Shown: one piece after another, positions 32,428 to 41,309 of the stretch | How the letters are laid out: the number at the start of each line of letters is the position of its first letter | Position numbering within the stretch: position 1 is the first letter of the stretch | Assembly (NCBI GenBank): GCA_963753205.1 | Contig: CAVWBL010000009.1 | Coordinates: 244,594 to 308,593 of the forward strand | Direction: 5' to 3' | Length of the DNA: 64,000 nucleotides | Origin: an uncultured Acidobacteriota bacterium | GTDB lineage: Bacteria > Acidobacteriota > Terriglobia > Acidiferrales > UBA7541 | The notes under the pieces: model-generated | Seen by the model: only the letters and a program-made list of their open reading frames with translations | What the model was told of the DNA's origin: nothing | Database searches by the model: none | Program-made: the position numbers and the translations under genes

Positions 32428-32874
32428 ATGAATAGCGTACAAATCGAACAAAAGAGCTATGAGATGCCCCCGCGAGAGGGGATCAGCGTCGCGCATTTTC
32501 TCACCGTCGCCGACGTCGAGCGATCGGCCCGCTACTACGAAAAGGTCTTCGGTGCTCGCATTCTGACCATGGGGGACGGCAACGCGCCTCCGTACCTTCA
32601 GCTTGCGAATATCTGGATGATTCTGAACGTGGGGGGCGGACCAACCCCAGATAAGCCAACGGTAACGCTCAGCGTCCCCGACCCGAATCACCTCAACAGC
32701 TTTATGAATTTCCGCGTTGCGGATATTCAAGCGTGCTATGAATTGTGGAAAAGTCGGGGAGCCGAGTTCATCACGCCGCCAATACCCAAGTATGGCGAGA
32801 TTCGTTGCTACATCCGCGATCCTGACGGCTATATTATCGAGGTCGGACAAAGCACTTCCCTTAAGTACGGTTAG
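32428..32874 (+). CDS. VOC-family (glyoxalase/bleomycin-resistance fold) protein
   Basis: AAAGGAG before the ATG. ISVAHFLTVADVERSARYYEKVFGA...IRCYIRDPDGYIIEVGQ. Confidence 0.85.
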   Translation: MNSVQIEQKSYEMPPREGISVAHFLTVADVERSARYYEKVFGARILTMGDGNAPPYLQLANIWMILNVGGGPTPDKPTVTLSVPDPNHLNSFMNFRVADIQACYELWKSRGAEFITPPIPKYGEIRCYIRDPDGYIIEVGQSTSLKYG

Positions 32875-33204
32875 TGCATCGTGAGGTATCGGAAGAGTCT
32901 TTAGACGGAACGCTCGAATCTTTGTACAAATTCGGATGGTTGCAAGTATTGCAAACGTGATTGACAAGAGAGCGACTTTCGTTGCGTCGGCCTGCAACGC
33001 ACCGAGTTTGTTGAGCCTTGGTTTCCGAATCGAGCTTATGCGCGCTGCTTAGAAAGACTGCGGCATATTCATATAAACGCTTTATTCCCGAGTACTTCAT
33101 GTAAGAATCCCGGCCCCAGTACGCCTGCGTTCTAAGCCCCGCCCCCCAGCTGTGGCACAGGCAAAACGTCTGCCTTTCTCTTGCGGTTATCGAATGCCGT
33201 GATT

Positions 33205-34049
33205 TTAGTCGCTTCGGGCGAGACGTCGCAGCGCGTTCAGCGCGGCGATGCGAACGCGAACAGTCCCTTGCTTGGCTGCCGCTTCGAGACATGCGGTGGC
33301 CCGAGCGTCTGCTATTTTCCCAAGCGCTTCAATGGCGGATTCAATGACGAAGCTATCAGCCGCAGTTTCCACGGCGCGAATCAGGTCCGGCACAGCTTCG
33401 CTTTCACGCCTCTCCCCCAGAATCCAAGCCGCACGTACCGCAGTCTCGCCCTCTGGAGTAAATCTCAGCAACCGCCGATTTGCCGGCGGCACCATCCAGC
33501 CGTCAAACGGCCAGAAATTCACCCGATCTTCCACGCGCATGCGGAGAAAGCGCAACCATGGGATACCTGCGTGTGTGGATTTGGCTACGGAGCCGGGCAC
33601 GTCGAAATGAAACACGGATTTCGCGCCTGCACGCAGTTCTGTGATCCGTCTCCAGCGAGATTCACCACAGCGAGCCGCGCCGTTTCCGCCCGCGCCGTCC
33701 CGAATGAAATCAACGCACGGGTACTTCTCGTCCGTGGGCCAATGCTTTTGAAAATCATCCAAGAAAGCCAGCCAATCGTGGGCAGGCGATACTTCTCGAA
33801 ATATTTCGACGGGAAGGAAAACCCGTGGTCAACGTCTACCAGCGTGGCGACTGGTTCTGATAGACGTTCAACGAGCCACTGGCCAATCTCCTTACGACTC
33901 CAGTACCAGCGCGGGCTGGGAGGCGGCGCGATTTCACGCGGCTCGTTCGCGCGGTCGGCCATGTAGACGGGCAGACCCTTTAGGCCGGACTCACACGTCT
34001 CCGCCGCTGAGTAGTCGATTCCGATGTATCTCTCAAATGCCACGCTCAC
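33205..34049 (-). pseudogene. hypothetical protein with C-terminal HEAT-like repeats, split by a frameshift at a C3/G3 run
   Basis: The upstream frame reads ..HGFSFPSKYFEKYRLP. The next frame reads HDWLAFLDDFQKHWPTDEKY...AVPDLIRAVETAADSFVIESAIEALGKIAD...RVRIAALNALRRL. Adding one C at 33780-33782 (plus-strand GGG) joins them. Confidence 0.6.
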
Positions 34050-34140
34050 GTGCTCATTTGCAGACGGCGAAGCTCTCTTCGTCGCCGGAAGATTACCAAA
34101 ACCAAAGGCTTGGCGCGTCGCCTCGATGATGGACGTTTTA

Positions 34141-34199
34141 GCTATCGCTCATACATGTGGCATAATATGAGCGATAGAGAGACGAGCTATCGCTCATGA
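34141..34199 (+). promoter_or_regulatory. operator-like repeats around a -10-like CATAAT upstream of the Fic gene
   Basis: AGCTATCGCTCAT (34141) ... tggCATAAT ... ATGAGCGATAG (34168, inverted) ... AGCTATCGCTCATG (34186, includes the start codon). Confidence 0.4.
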
Positions 34200-35353
34200 T
34201 TTGGAACTGGCAAAAACCGGACTGGCCCAACTTCCATTGGGATCGGGCACGGCTGGAGGCTGCCGAGAAGCAGTTTCTGGTCGGAGGGGGCGTGTTCGTC
34301 GGCACCGTTCGACACCTAGGGGAAAACGAGCGCGACCAACTCACAATCGAGGCGATGAGCACGGAAGCGGTGGCGACTTCCGAAATCGAGGGCGAAATTC
34401 TGGATCGCGCGAGCGTGCAGGCCTCGCTCCGCAAACAGCTAGGCATTGCCAAAAATGAGCGGCGCGTTCGGCCTGCGGAGCGAGGCATCGCGGAAATGAT
34501 GGTTGACCTCTATCGGTCTTTTCCCGAGCCGCTCTCCGAAGAAACGCTGTTTCGTTGGCACCGCATGGTGATGAGCGGCAGCCGGAGCCTGAGGGATGTC
34601 GGTCGCTACCGAACGGGCGCGGAACCGATGCAAGTGGTTTCCGGCTCCGTCCACGAACCGAAAGTTCATTTCGAAGCGCCGCCGTCGTCGCGCCTGCCTT
34701 CCGAGATGAGGCGATTCATCGCCTGGTTTGTTCAAACTGCTCCGGGTGGCGAAAATGCATTGCCTGCGCTAACGAGGGCCGGAATTGCGCACCTGTATTT
34801 TGAGAGCATCCATTCGTTTGAGGACGGTAACGGGCGCATCGGTCGCGCCATCACGGAAAAAGCACTTGCCCAGAGCCTTGGCCAGTCGACGCTCACGGCG
34901 CTGGCGGCAACGATTCTGGCGCGCCGCAAGAGCTATTACGAAGCGCTCGAAGCGGCGAACAAGGAAAATGAGATCACGCGCTGGCTGATGTGGTTTGCTG
35001 GCGTCGCTATCGAAGCCCAACGCCGAACCATCGCGCTCGTGGAATTCCTGATCGACAAGACCAAATTGCTCGACCGACTCAAGGGCCAACTCAACGCGCG
35101 ACAGGAAAAGGCGCTCCTGCGCATGTTCCGGGAGGGCCCTGAGGGATTCAAAGGCGGTCTGTCAGCCGGAAAATACAGCACGATAACCGGAGCGTCGCCA
35201 GCAACCACGACACGCGACCTGGCAGACTTGGTCGAGAAAGGCGCACTGGTTCGCGAAGGCGAGCGCCGCTACGCTCGCTATCGTTTACGTGCTCCCCTGC
35301 GTCCGGTCCGACACGTGATTCTCACCGAACATAGGGAGTTGGCGGAACAATGA
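34196..35353 (+). CDS. Fic/DOC-family protein with DUF4172-type N-terminus
   Basis: MIWNWQKPDWPNFHWD N-terminus, canonical Fic motif HSFEDGNGRIGRAI, C-terminal winged-helix-like tail. Confidence 0.9.
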   Translation: MIWNWQKPDWPNFHWDRARLEAAEKQFLVGGGVFVGTVRHLGENERDQLTIEAMSTEAVATSEIEGEILDRASVQASLRKQLGIAKNERRVRPAERGIAEMMVDLYRSFPEPLSEETLFRWHRMVMSGSRSLRDVGRYRTGAEPMQVVSGSVHEPKVHFEAPPSSRLPSEMRRFIAWFVQTAPGGENALPALTRAGIAHLYFESIHSFEDGNGRIGRAITEKALAQSLGQSTLTALAATILARRKSYYEALEAANKENEITRWLMWFAGVAIEAQRRTIALVEFLIDKTKLLDRLKGQLNARQEKALLRMFREGPEGFKGGLSAGKYSTITGASPATTTRDLADLVEKGALVREGERRYARYRLRAPLRPVRHVILTEHRELAEQ

Positions 35354-35358
35354 GTCTT

Positions 35359-36115
35359 CTATAGGCGCGGATCAACTGGCTCGCTTTCAAGAGCGAGTAC
35401 ACCGAACACACACTCGTGTACACGACCGAGCGGCTCTTGCCGAACGAAACGTTCTAATGCTTCGATTCCAGGTGCGAATTGTCGCAGAGCCAGAGACTTC
35501 ATTGTTGTCGCAACAATTCTTGGGGCCTTGGCCGACCACGGCATCAACTCTGCGTCGAGGCAAATCCAATCAGTCTGGAACTGCTCCCAGAACCCCGCCG
35601 CACCTACAGCGCCGCAGACCTTTTGGAGGAACTCCTTCTCGGTGCTCGGGTCGTCGAAGAATCGTCTCCCCGTCCGCGTATAGCAGATCCCGACACCCTC
35701 CCCGACCACGCCGAAACGTCGCCGTGCCGCGTCCTCGTCGCGACACACAATGGCGACAGCGCGCGAGGCCATGTGCTTTTCCTCGCAAATTATGCGGCAC
35801 TCCCTCACGGCGGAAATATCCGAAAGCTTCCGCTGGATGTTCGAGGAGTGCCGGCTGCGAGGTCGTTTCTGTGGGCGACATCGTAGGCGGGAGATAGATG
35901 AGCCATTTCCGATTCGCAGCGAATCGGCTCATGACTTCCAACGCCGCCAACGCGTTCTCTTCTCTCACCGTCACATTGTGATGGAGAGGCGTCGTGACAA
36001 TGCGTTTCCCGACTACGTCGTCGATATCGAGCAAGTCGTCGTGAATCCGCTGAGAAGTGAGCGCCGGAGCAGGTTCTGTTGATGCGGCAAGGGGTCGCGC
36101 CGGCTGAGCATACGT
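35359..36115 (-). pseudogene. fragment of polynucleotide kinase-phosphatase Pnkp (ligase-like domain only; frameshifted, truncated at both ends)
   Basis: DDVVGKRIVTTPLHHNVTVREENALAALEVMSRFAANRKWLIYLPPTMSPTETTSQPALLEHPAEAFGYFRREGV. After a shift near 35795-35812: RIICEEKHMASRAVAIVCRDEDAARRRFGV...CYTRTGRRFFDD...DWICLDAELMPWSAKA. No kinase or phosphatase part. The upper boundary is approximate. Confidence 0.6.
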
Positions 36116-36123
36116 AGCCTGAG

Positions 36124-36893
36124 TTGGCACTGATACGAGTTGAGATCGGAGAGCTTGGCAGAGACGAACAGGCCATGCTTTTGCGTGGGCTCGAAGAAAA
36201 AATCTTCCTCCCGCTCGGATCGGACCGCGAAGCTCACAGCGACTTTCAACTGATCGCGGGAACCAATCGTGATTTACTCGCCGCTGTCCGGGAAGGGAGT
36301 TTTCGTGAAGATTTGCTGGCACGGATCAACCTGTGGACATTCACACTTCTGGGCCTCCGGTCTCGCCCAAAGGGCATTGAGCCGAACCTTCAGTTCGAGC
36401 GGATGAATTCGCCAGGCGGACGGTACACCGCGTAATGTTCAACAAAGAGGCTCGCGAGAAATTTCTGGGGGTTGCCCTTACTCCATCGTCGCAGTGGTCA
36501 GGAAACTTCCGTGATCTGAACGCGGCAGTAGTACGAATGGCTACTTTGGCTCAGGGCGGTCGAATTTCCATCGAAATTGTCGACGAAGAGATCGAACGTC
36601 TGAGCGCTTCTTGGGTAAGGCTCGAATCTGACGAATCAGATGAGCTTCTCTCTCATATCCTAAACACGGATGCGCTCGATCAACTTGATCAATTTGATCG
36701 TGTCCAGCTTGCGCACGTTGTTCAAGTCTGCCGCGGCTCACGTTCACTTTCGGATGCTGGCCGTCGCCTCTTCGGTGCTTCACGGACTCGTAAAGCCAGC
36801 ACCAACGACGCAGATCGTTTGCGGAAGTACCGCAGTCGGTTCGGAGTCACTTGGTCGCAGGTGGTCGGCGAAGAAGCATCGGAACTCGCATAG
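36124..36893 (+). pseudogene. rtcR: 3' fragment of the sigma-54-dependent RNA-repair regulator RtcR (no CARF domain, most of AAA+ missing; frameshifted)
   Basis: EIGELGRDEQAMLLRGLEEKIFLPLGSDREAHSDFQLIAGTNRDLLAAVREGSFREDLLARINLWTFTL. After a shift near 36398-36403: ADEFARRTVHRVMFNKEAREKFLGVALTPSSQWSGNFRDLNAAVVRMATLAQGGRI...NDADRLRKY. Confidence 0.7.
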
Positions 36894-36998
36894 GGACGCC
36901 GGCGATTGCAGAATGCCGACGTCGACTCTAACAACCACCTCGTTCATTTTGGCCCCTGGTGTTTACAACGCGGGGAATAGAATAGTCTCTGCTTACCG

Positions 36999-38060
36999 AT
37001 GCGAAAGATCGTGCACATTGACATGGATGCTTTCTACGCATCCGTTGAACAGCGAGACGAGCCGCAATTACGCGGGAAACCCGTTATTGTCGCTTGGCGC
37101 GGGAAACGTTCAGTTGTGTGCGCCGCTTCGTATGAAGCGAGGCAGTTTGGCGTACGTTCCGCCATGCCTGCCGTTCGCGCTGAGCACTTGTGCCCCACTG
37201 CGGTTTTTCTGCCTCCCGATTTTGTCCGTTACCGCGCAGTGTCGCGGCAGGTGCGTGAAATCTTCAAACGCCACACCGATCTCATCGAGCCTCTCTCACT
37301 GGACGAAGCGTACCTCGATGTGTCGGAGAACAAGACCAGGCTGCCTACCGCCACTGAGGTCGCGCGCGTCATCCGTCAGCAGATTCGTGCGGAACTTAAC
37401 CTGACGGCCTCCGCGGGCGTCGCCCCGAACAAGTTCCTAGCCAAGATCGCGTCAGATTGGAAGAAGCCGAATGGCCTGTTCGTCATCCAGCCGGCAGATG
37501 TGGACTCTTTCTTGTTGCCGCTGCCAGTCGGCCGTTTGCCTGGAGTCGGGAAGGTTACAGAAGACAGGCTGAAAACCTTGGCCGTCGATACAGTCGGCGA
37601 TTTGCGAAACGTGGATCTGCAAGACCTGGAGAGCCGCTTCGGTCGTTACGGTGTACGTCTCTACGAACTTGCGCGTGGCGTTGACATCAGTCCGGTCGTT
37701 CCGGATCGCATAACGCAATCGGTTTCGTCAGAAGACACCTTCGAGCAAGATGTACTGCTCGCTGAGCTTGAGCCCATGATCCGCAAACTAGCCGAGAAGA
37801 CCTGGATGGCTGCGCGCAAAGAATCGCGTATCGCGCGAACAGTCGTGCTCAAGCTCAAAACCAGCGAGTTCAAGATTCTCACGCGCAGTCACACGCCCGA
37901 CATTCCACCATGCTCCTGCGAGGAATTGACGAGGATCGCCCTTGCGCTTCGCAGCCGCGTGGCGTTGAACGCAAAGCAGCGTTTTCGCCTAGTCGGTGTC
38001 GGTTTGAGTAACTTCCGTGATTCTGAGGATGCGAGGGCACAACCCATGCTCTTCGGCTAG
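36999..38060 (+). CDS. dinB: DNA polymerase IV
   Basis: MRKIVHIDMDAFYASVEQRDEPQLRGKPVIV, SLDEAYLDV, ASAGVAPNKFLAKIASD. Confidence 0.95.
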   Translation: MRKIVHIDMDAFYASVEQRDEPQLRGKPVIVAWRGKRSVVCAASYEARQFGVRSAMPAVRAEHLCPTAVFLPPDFVRYRAVSRQVREIFKRHTDLIEPLSLDEAYLDVSENKTRLPTATEVARVIRQQIRAELNLTASAGVAPNKFLAKIASDWKKPNGLFVIQPADVDSFLLPLPVGRLPGVGKVTEDRLKTLAVDTVGDLRNVDLQDLESRFGRYGVRLYELARGVDISPVVPDRITQSVSSEDTFEQDVLLAELEPMIRKLAEKTWMAARKESRIARTVVLKLKTSEFKILTRSHTPDIPPCSCEELTRIALALRSRVALNAKQRFRLVGVGLSNFRDSEDARAQPMLFG

Positions 38061-38108
38061 AAAGGTAAGATAGACGGCTCGATCAGATGTGGTGTACAGG
38101 GTGGGACG

Positions 38109-38676
38109 GTGAAAGTACCTTACGCGAAAAAGTGGCAGAAGGAAGCAGACAAGCTGAGGAAGATTGCGCTCGACTGTGACCTGATCGAGGAGATGAAGTG
38201 GGGCAAGCCCTGCTTCACCTACCAGAAAAAGAACGTGGCAATCGTCATCCCGCTGAAGGACGCGTGCGCGCTCTCGTTCTTCAAAGGCGCGCTGCTCAAG
38301 GACCCGAAGCACATCCTCCAAAAGATCGGCGCAGGCGCAGGCAGGCCGCTGGATTAAATTCACCTCTCTCAAAGAAATTACGGCCATGCAGCCGATTCTG
38401 AGGAACTACATCTACGAAGCCATCGAAGTCGAGGAGTCGGGGAAGAAGGTTACCCTCAAGAAGGCTTCAGAGTATGCGGTTCCTGAGGAGTTGCAGGCCA
38501 GGCTGGATGCAGCTCCGGAGCTGCGGGCGGCATTCGAAGCGCTCACGCCGGGACGGAGGAAGTCGTACATCTTTCATGTCTCGGGTGCGAAGCAGGTGAA
38601 GACGCGGGCAGCGCGGGCGGAGAGGTGTGTCCCCATGATCTTGAGCGGCCGAGGGTTCAACGAGCGCACAGATTGA
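38109..38676 (+). pseudogene. YdeI/DUF1801-family protein split by a frameshift
   Basis: Frame 0 ends ..KDPKHILQKIGAGAGRPLD*. Frame 1 reads AQAQAGRWIKFTSLKEITAMQPILRNYIYEAIEVEESGKKV...LTPGRRKSYIFHVSGAKQVKTRAARAERCVPMI. The shift is near 38326-38335, in a GGCGCAGGCGCAGGCAGG repeat. Confidence 0.7.
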
Positions 38677-38773
38677 ACCGTGTGGCCGCCGGGCGCTTGC
38701 ACCGACGGGCTGTCGCGCAATCAGAGCGCGCGCGGTAGGAATTAAGTAATGCCTTGTCATTTTACGACTTTAT

Positions 38774-38858
38774 GACAAGCTACAACTTGTCGTCTAGTGC
38801 AGAAGTAGACAAGTTATGACTTGACATTGTTAATTTACATGTCAAGCTATAACTTGAC
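38774..38858 (+). promoter_or_regulatory. three phased inverted repeats (operator array) upstream of the HTH gene
   Basis: GACAAGctacaaCTTGTC (38774), GACAAGttatgaCTTGAC (38808) and GTCAAGctataaCTTGAC (38841). Centre-to-centre spacing is 34 and 33 nt. The last ends 9 nt before ATG 38868. Confidence 0.5.
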
Positions 38859-38867
38859 AGGAGAATT

Positions 38868-39311
38868 ATGAAACGGGAATTCAGACAGTTACGGCTGTCA
38901 CAGTTAGATCGGAACGTCGAGCTCGCGCGCAGCCTGCCACCTCGTCCATCGGGGGGGTGGCTCGCGTCGGCGCGCGAGGCGCTTGGCCTTAGCCAGCGCC
39001 AAGTCGCCAAGGAAATGCGCGCATCCGGACAGGCCATCCAACAGTTTGAACACGCCGAAGCCGAAGACCGCATCACGCTTCGTGCCCTTCGGCGGGTTGC
39101 CGGAGCCATGGGCTGCGACTTGGTCTACGTAATCGTGCCAAGGTCTGGTTCGTTCTTGGACTTGGCGGAAGAACCTACGCGCGCGCGCGTGGCTCGTGAT
39201 GTCAAAACCGTCGTCCATACAATGGCGCTCGAAGATCAGAAACCTGGAAACGCCAAGCAACTGACTGACGATGAAACGCAGCGGCGCTTGAATCGCAATA
39301 AAAATCGATGA
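38868..39311 (+). CDS. XRE-type HTH protein of the 'mobile mystery protein A' family
   Basis: GGWLASAREALGLSQRQVAKEMRASGQAIQQFEHAEAEDRITLRALRRVAGAMGCDLVYVIVP. The stop overlaps the next start (ATGA). Confidence 0.8.
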   Translation: MKREFRQLRLSQLDRNVELARSLPPRPSGGWLASAREALGLSQRQVAKEMRASGQAIQQFEHAEAEDRITLRALRRVAGAMGCDLVYVIVPRSGSFLDLAEEPTRARVARDVKTVVHTMALEDQKPGNAKQLTDDETQRRLNRNKNR

Positions 39312-39916
39312 ACTTCATCCTCAATCACAAATACGCCGACGGGAATACTCCGATTCAGCAAGAAGAAGCCGAGCAACTCATTCCCCGCATCAGCACGATG
39401 GGCGAGCTGAATGAATACGAAGCCCTAAACATTCTGCGGGCTCGCGAATGGGCGTTTGGTGGTCGAACGATGAGGGTATCTGATCCCTTGGATGAACTTT
39501 ATGTCCGAGAGCTTCATAGCCGGATGTTCGACAACGTTTGGAAATGGGCCGGCACCTATCGTCAAACGGAACGAAACATTGGATGCGACCCGAGGGAGAT
39601 CGTGCAACGAATTCCCCAACTCCTCGCCAACACGCAATACTGGCTAGAGAACCAGACGTTCCCGACTGACGAGGCGCTCCTTCGTTTTCATCATCAATTG
39701 ACGAGAATACATCCGTTCGCAAATGGAAACGGCCGCCACGCCCGAATGATTGCCGACATCGTCGCCGTGAAGTACGGCCAAGCGGAATTCACCTGGGGTG
39801 CCGGAAAAGACCTGGTCGCGCAAGGCGATGCACGCAGCAGGTATCTCGCGGCACTGGGGGCGCTTGACGTAAATGAGAACCTAGTGAAGCCCCTTCTCGA
39901 CTTTGCTCGGTCGTGA
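39308..39916 (+). CDS. Fic-domain protein of the 'mobile mystery protein B' family
   Basis: Fic motif HPFANGNGRHARMIADI. Translationally coupled to the HTH gene. Confidence 0.85.
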   Translation: MNFILNHKYADGNTPIQQEEAEQLIPRISTMGELNEYEALNILRAREWAFGGRTMRVSDPLDELYVRELHSRMFDNVWKWAGTYRQTERNIGCDPREIVQRIPQLLANTQYWLENQTFPTDEALLRFHHQLTRIHPFANGNGRHARMIADIVAVKYGQAEFTWGAGKDLVAQGDARSRYLAALGALDVNENLVKPLLDFARS

Positions 39917-40093
39917 CGTATTGTGTGTCTCGTCCCGAAGCTCCTGGGCGTTCTCCGAGGATCCTAGATCCTCTGGTTGGGCTCGCCGCGTTTCAGCTAG
40001 ACGAACTTTGTAGTTCCTCGGTACGTCCGCGCCCACTACCCGGGCTTTCTGGGGGAGGTTCTAGCGGGCTTCGGGAAGGCCCAATCACCCTTC

Positions 40094-40154
40094 ATAGACC
40101 TCCTTTCAATTCGCATGATACCGATTTCGTGAAATGGGTCCGTGACGCAGATCA
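40094..40154. repeat. 61-bp direct repeat, copy 1 (flanks vapBC)
   Basis: atagacctcctttcaattcgcatgataccgatttcgtgaaatgggtccgtgacgcagatca. 55/61 identical to 40920-40980. Confidence 0.85.
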
Positions 40155-40260
40155 AGCCGAGTTCCCGAAACGCTGCTTCAAAAAGGAAACGGCGGCACGA
40201 ACCTGAAAAAAACAGCTGCCCTCAAAACAGTCTCGGCGAAAAGAGGTTTGCGACTTCGGC

Positions 40261-40632
40261 TCAGGAGTAAGCGATCCCGAACTCGCTTGTCAGCGTCGCC
40301 AACCGCGGATCGGCTGTCCACAGTTTCAGACCCCCTACGAGCGCGGACGCCAGTAAGTGGGCATCGGTCCAGCCGATCCCGCGGCCATGTAGCCGACGCT
40401 CGCGCACAAACAGAACGACTTCGTCGTGAGCTACCATGGGAGCCTGATGCATTTGCTCGTAGCTGGCCAGCAGTTGTTTCCGCCCGCCCTTATCCCCGAT
40501 GAGGAGTTCGCCATAGATGAAGTCGTGGCCGCTCACCTCGTCGCGGCTCAAAAGGTGGTCCAGTTCAACCGCATACGGCGCCCGATTCGACAGAAAACGA
40601 ATCCAGACAGAGGTGTCGACCAAGACGATCAT
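40261..40632 (-). CDS. vapC: PIN-domain toxin VapC
   Basis: MIVLVDTSVWIRFL..., conserved acidic residues, WTADPRL tail. 4-nt overlap with the antitoxin. Confidence 0.9.
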   Translation of the reverse strand: MIVLVDTSVWIRFLSNRAPYAVELDHLLSRDEVSGHDFIYGELLIGDKGGRKQLLASYEQMHQAPMVAHDEVVLFVRERRLHGRGIGWTDAHLLASALVGGLKLWTADPRLATLTSEFGIAYS

Positions 40633-40847
40633 GCGGCAGAGTGCGGGGCTGATGCAGCGCGTTCACGTCGGCGGGAAACCTCGCGAGCACGTGGCTCTGA
40701 TCCCCGAAGAGCACGAATTCGTTGGTAGGCCGCTTGACGGATTAGAGCCTCAAGACCGAGCCGGACTGTGTCAGTGTCTGTCTGCGCGCCGGAGGCAGAC
40801 CTCGCGTCGCGCAACAGAGTGTCGTCAATGAGCAGGGTCTTTTTCAT
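40629..40847 (-). CDS. vapB: VapB-family antitoxin (DUF2191-type)
   Basis: MKKTLLIDDTLLRDARSASGAQTDTDTVRLGLEALIRQAA. Confidence 0.8.
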   Translation of the reverse strand: MKKTLLIDDTLLRDARSASGAQTDTDTVRLGLEALIRQAAYQRIRALRGSEPRAREVSRRRERAASAPHSAA

Positions 40848-40867
40848 ACATCTAATCCTACCATATT

Positions 40868-40887
40868 GAGATGGTAGATCAAGCCGT
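40868..40887 (-). promoter_or_regulatory. inverted repeat just upstream of vapB (probable autoregulatory operator)
   Basis: CTACCAT-attgag-ATGGTAG, 20 nt from the vapB start codon. Confidence 0.4.
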
Positions 40888-40919
40888 ACCGTTTTTCTGG
40901 TTTTTGGGAGTTGCCGTCG

Positions 40920-40980
40920 ATAGACCTCCTTTCAATTCACATCATACCGATTCGGTGAAATATGTCCGTGACGCAGATCA
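40920..40980. repeat. 61-bp direct repeat, copy 2
   Basis: atagacctcctttcaattcacatcataccgattcggtgaaatatgtccgtgacgcagatca. Confidence 0.85.
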
Positions 40981-41309
40981 CGTCAGCAACAGTGCCCGCG
41001 TTCATCCCCGAATCTCATCATGCGTTTTGACGTAAGATTTTTCCATCGTCGATCTCACGAGTTTTGCTGTGATGCGCCGGTTGGGTGTGGATCGTGTCGC
41101 CTCTCTAGAGACGCGCACTTTGCCGTTTTTCCGCCTCGGCCCAAAGCGTCGCCACTCCTTTGCTGTATTTCGGTGGGGAGGGGATCCCGCTGCTGCGGCG
41201 CTGAGAGCGGTGCGCGAACCTTAATGTCGTGCGTCCTGAGTCACTACCGGTTCCGAAGTGCAGTTCATTGCGCTCATCATTCGTCGCGCGGGACGCGAGC
41301 GTACTTGCA

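Noticed and set aside
32126-32428. 100-aa minus-strand ORF (TTG start) with a hydrophobic N-terminus, lying between the cupin and VOC genes.
   Set aside because: It could be a small membrane protein. However, it has no RBS, a non-ATG start exactly abutting the VOC start, and a C-terminal half that does not look protein-like. I left it uncalled.
32425-32997. 190-aa minus-strand ORF overlapping the VOC gene.
   Set aside because: The plus-strand VOC-family reading has a strong RBS and clear fold motifs. The minus ORF has neither.
32861-33100. 79-codon minus-strand ORF (MKYSGIKRLYEY...HVCNTCNHP...) in the 32.9-33.2 kb gap.
   Set aside because: It has a single CxxC only, no RBS, and overlaps the VOC 3' end. 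The evidence is insufficient.
39913-40206. 97-aa plus-strand ORF after the Fic gene; also 41020-41475.
   Set aside because: Pro/Arg/Ser-rich with no start context, and it runs through the 61-bp repeat. It is more likely non-coding.
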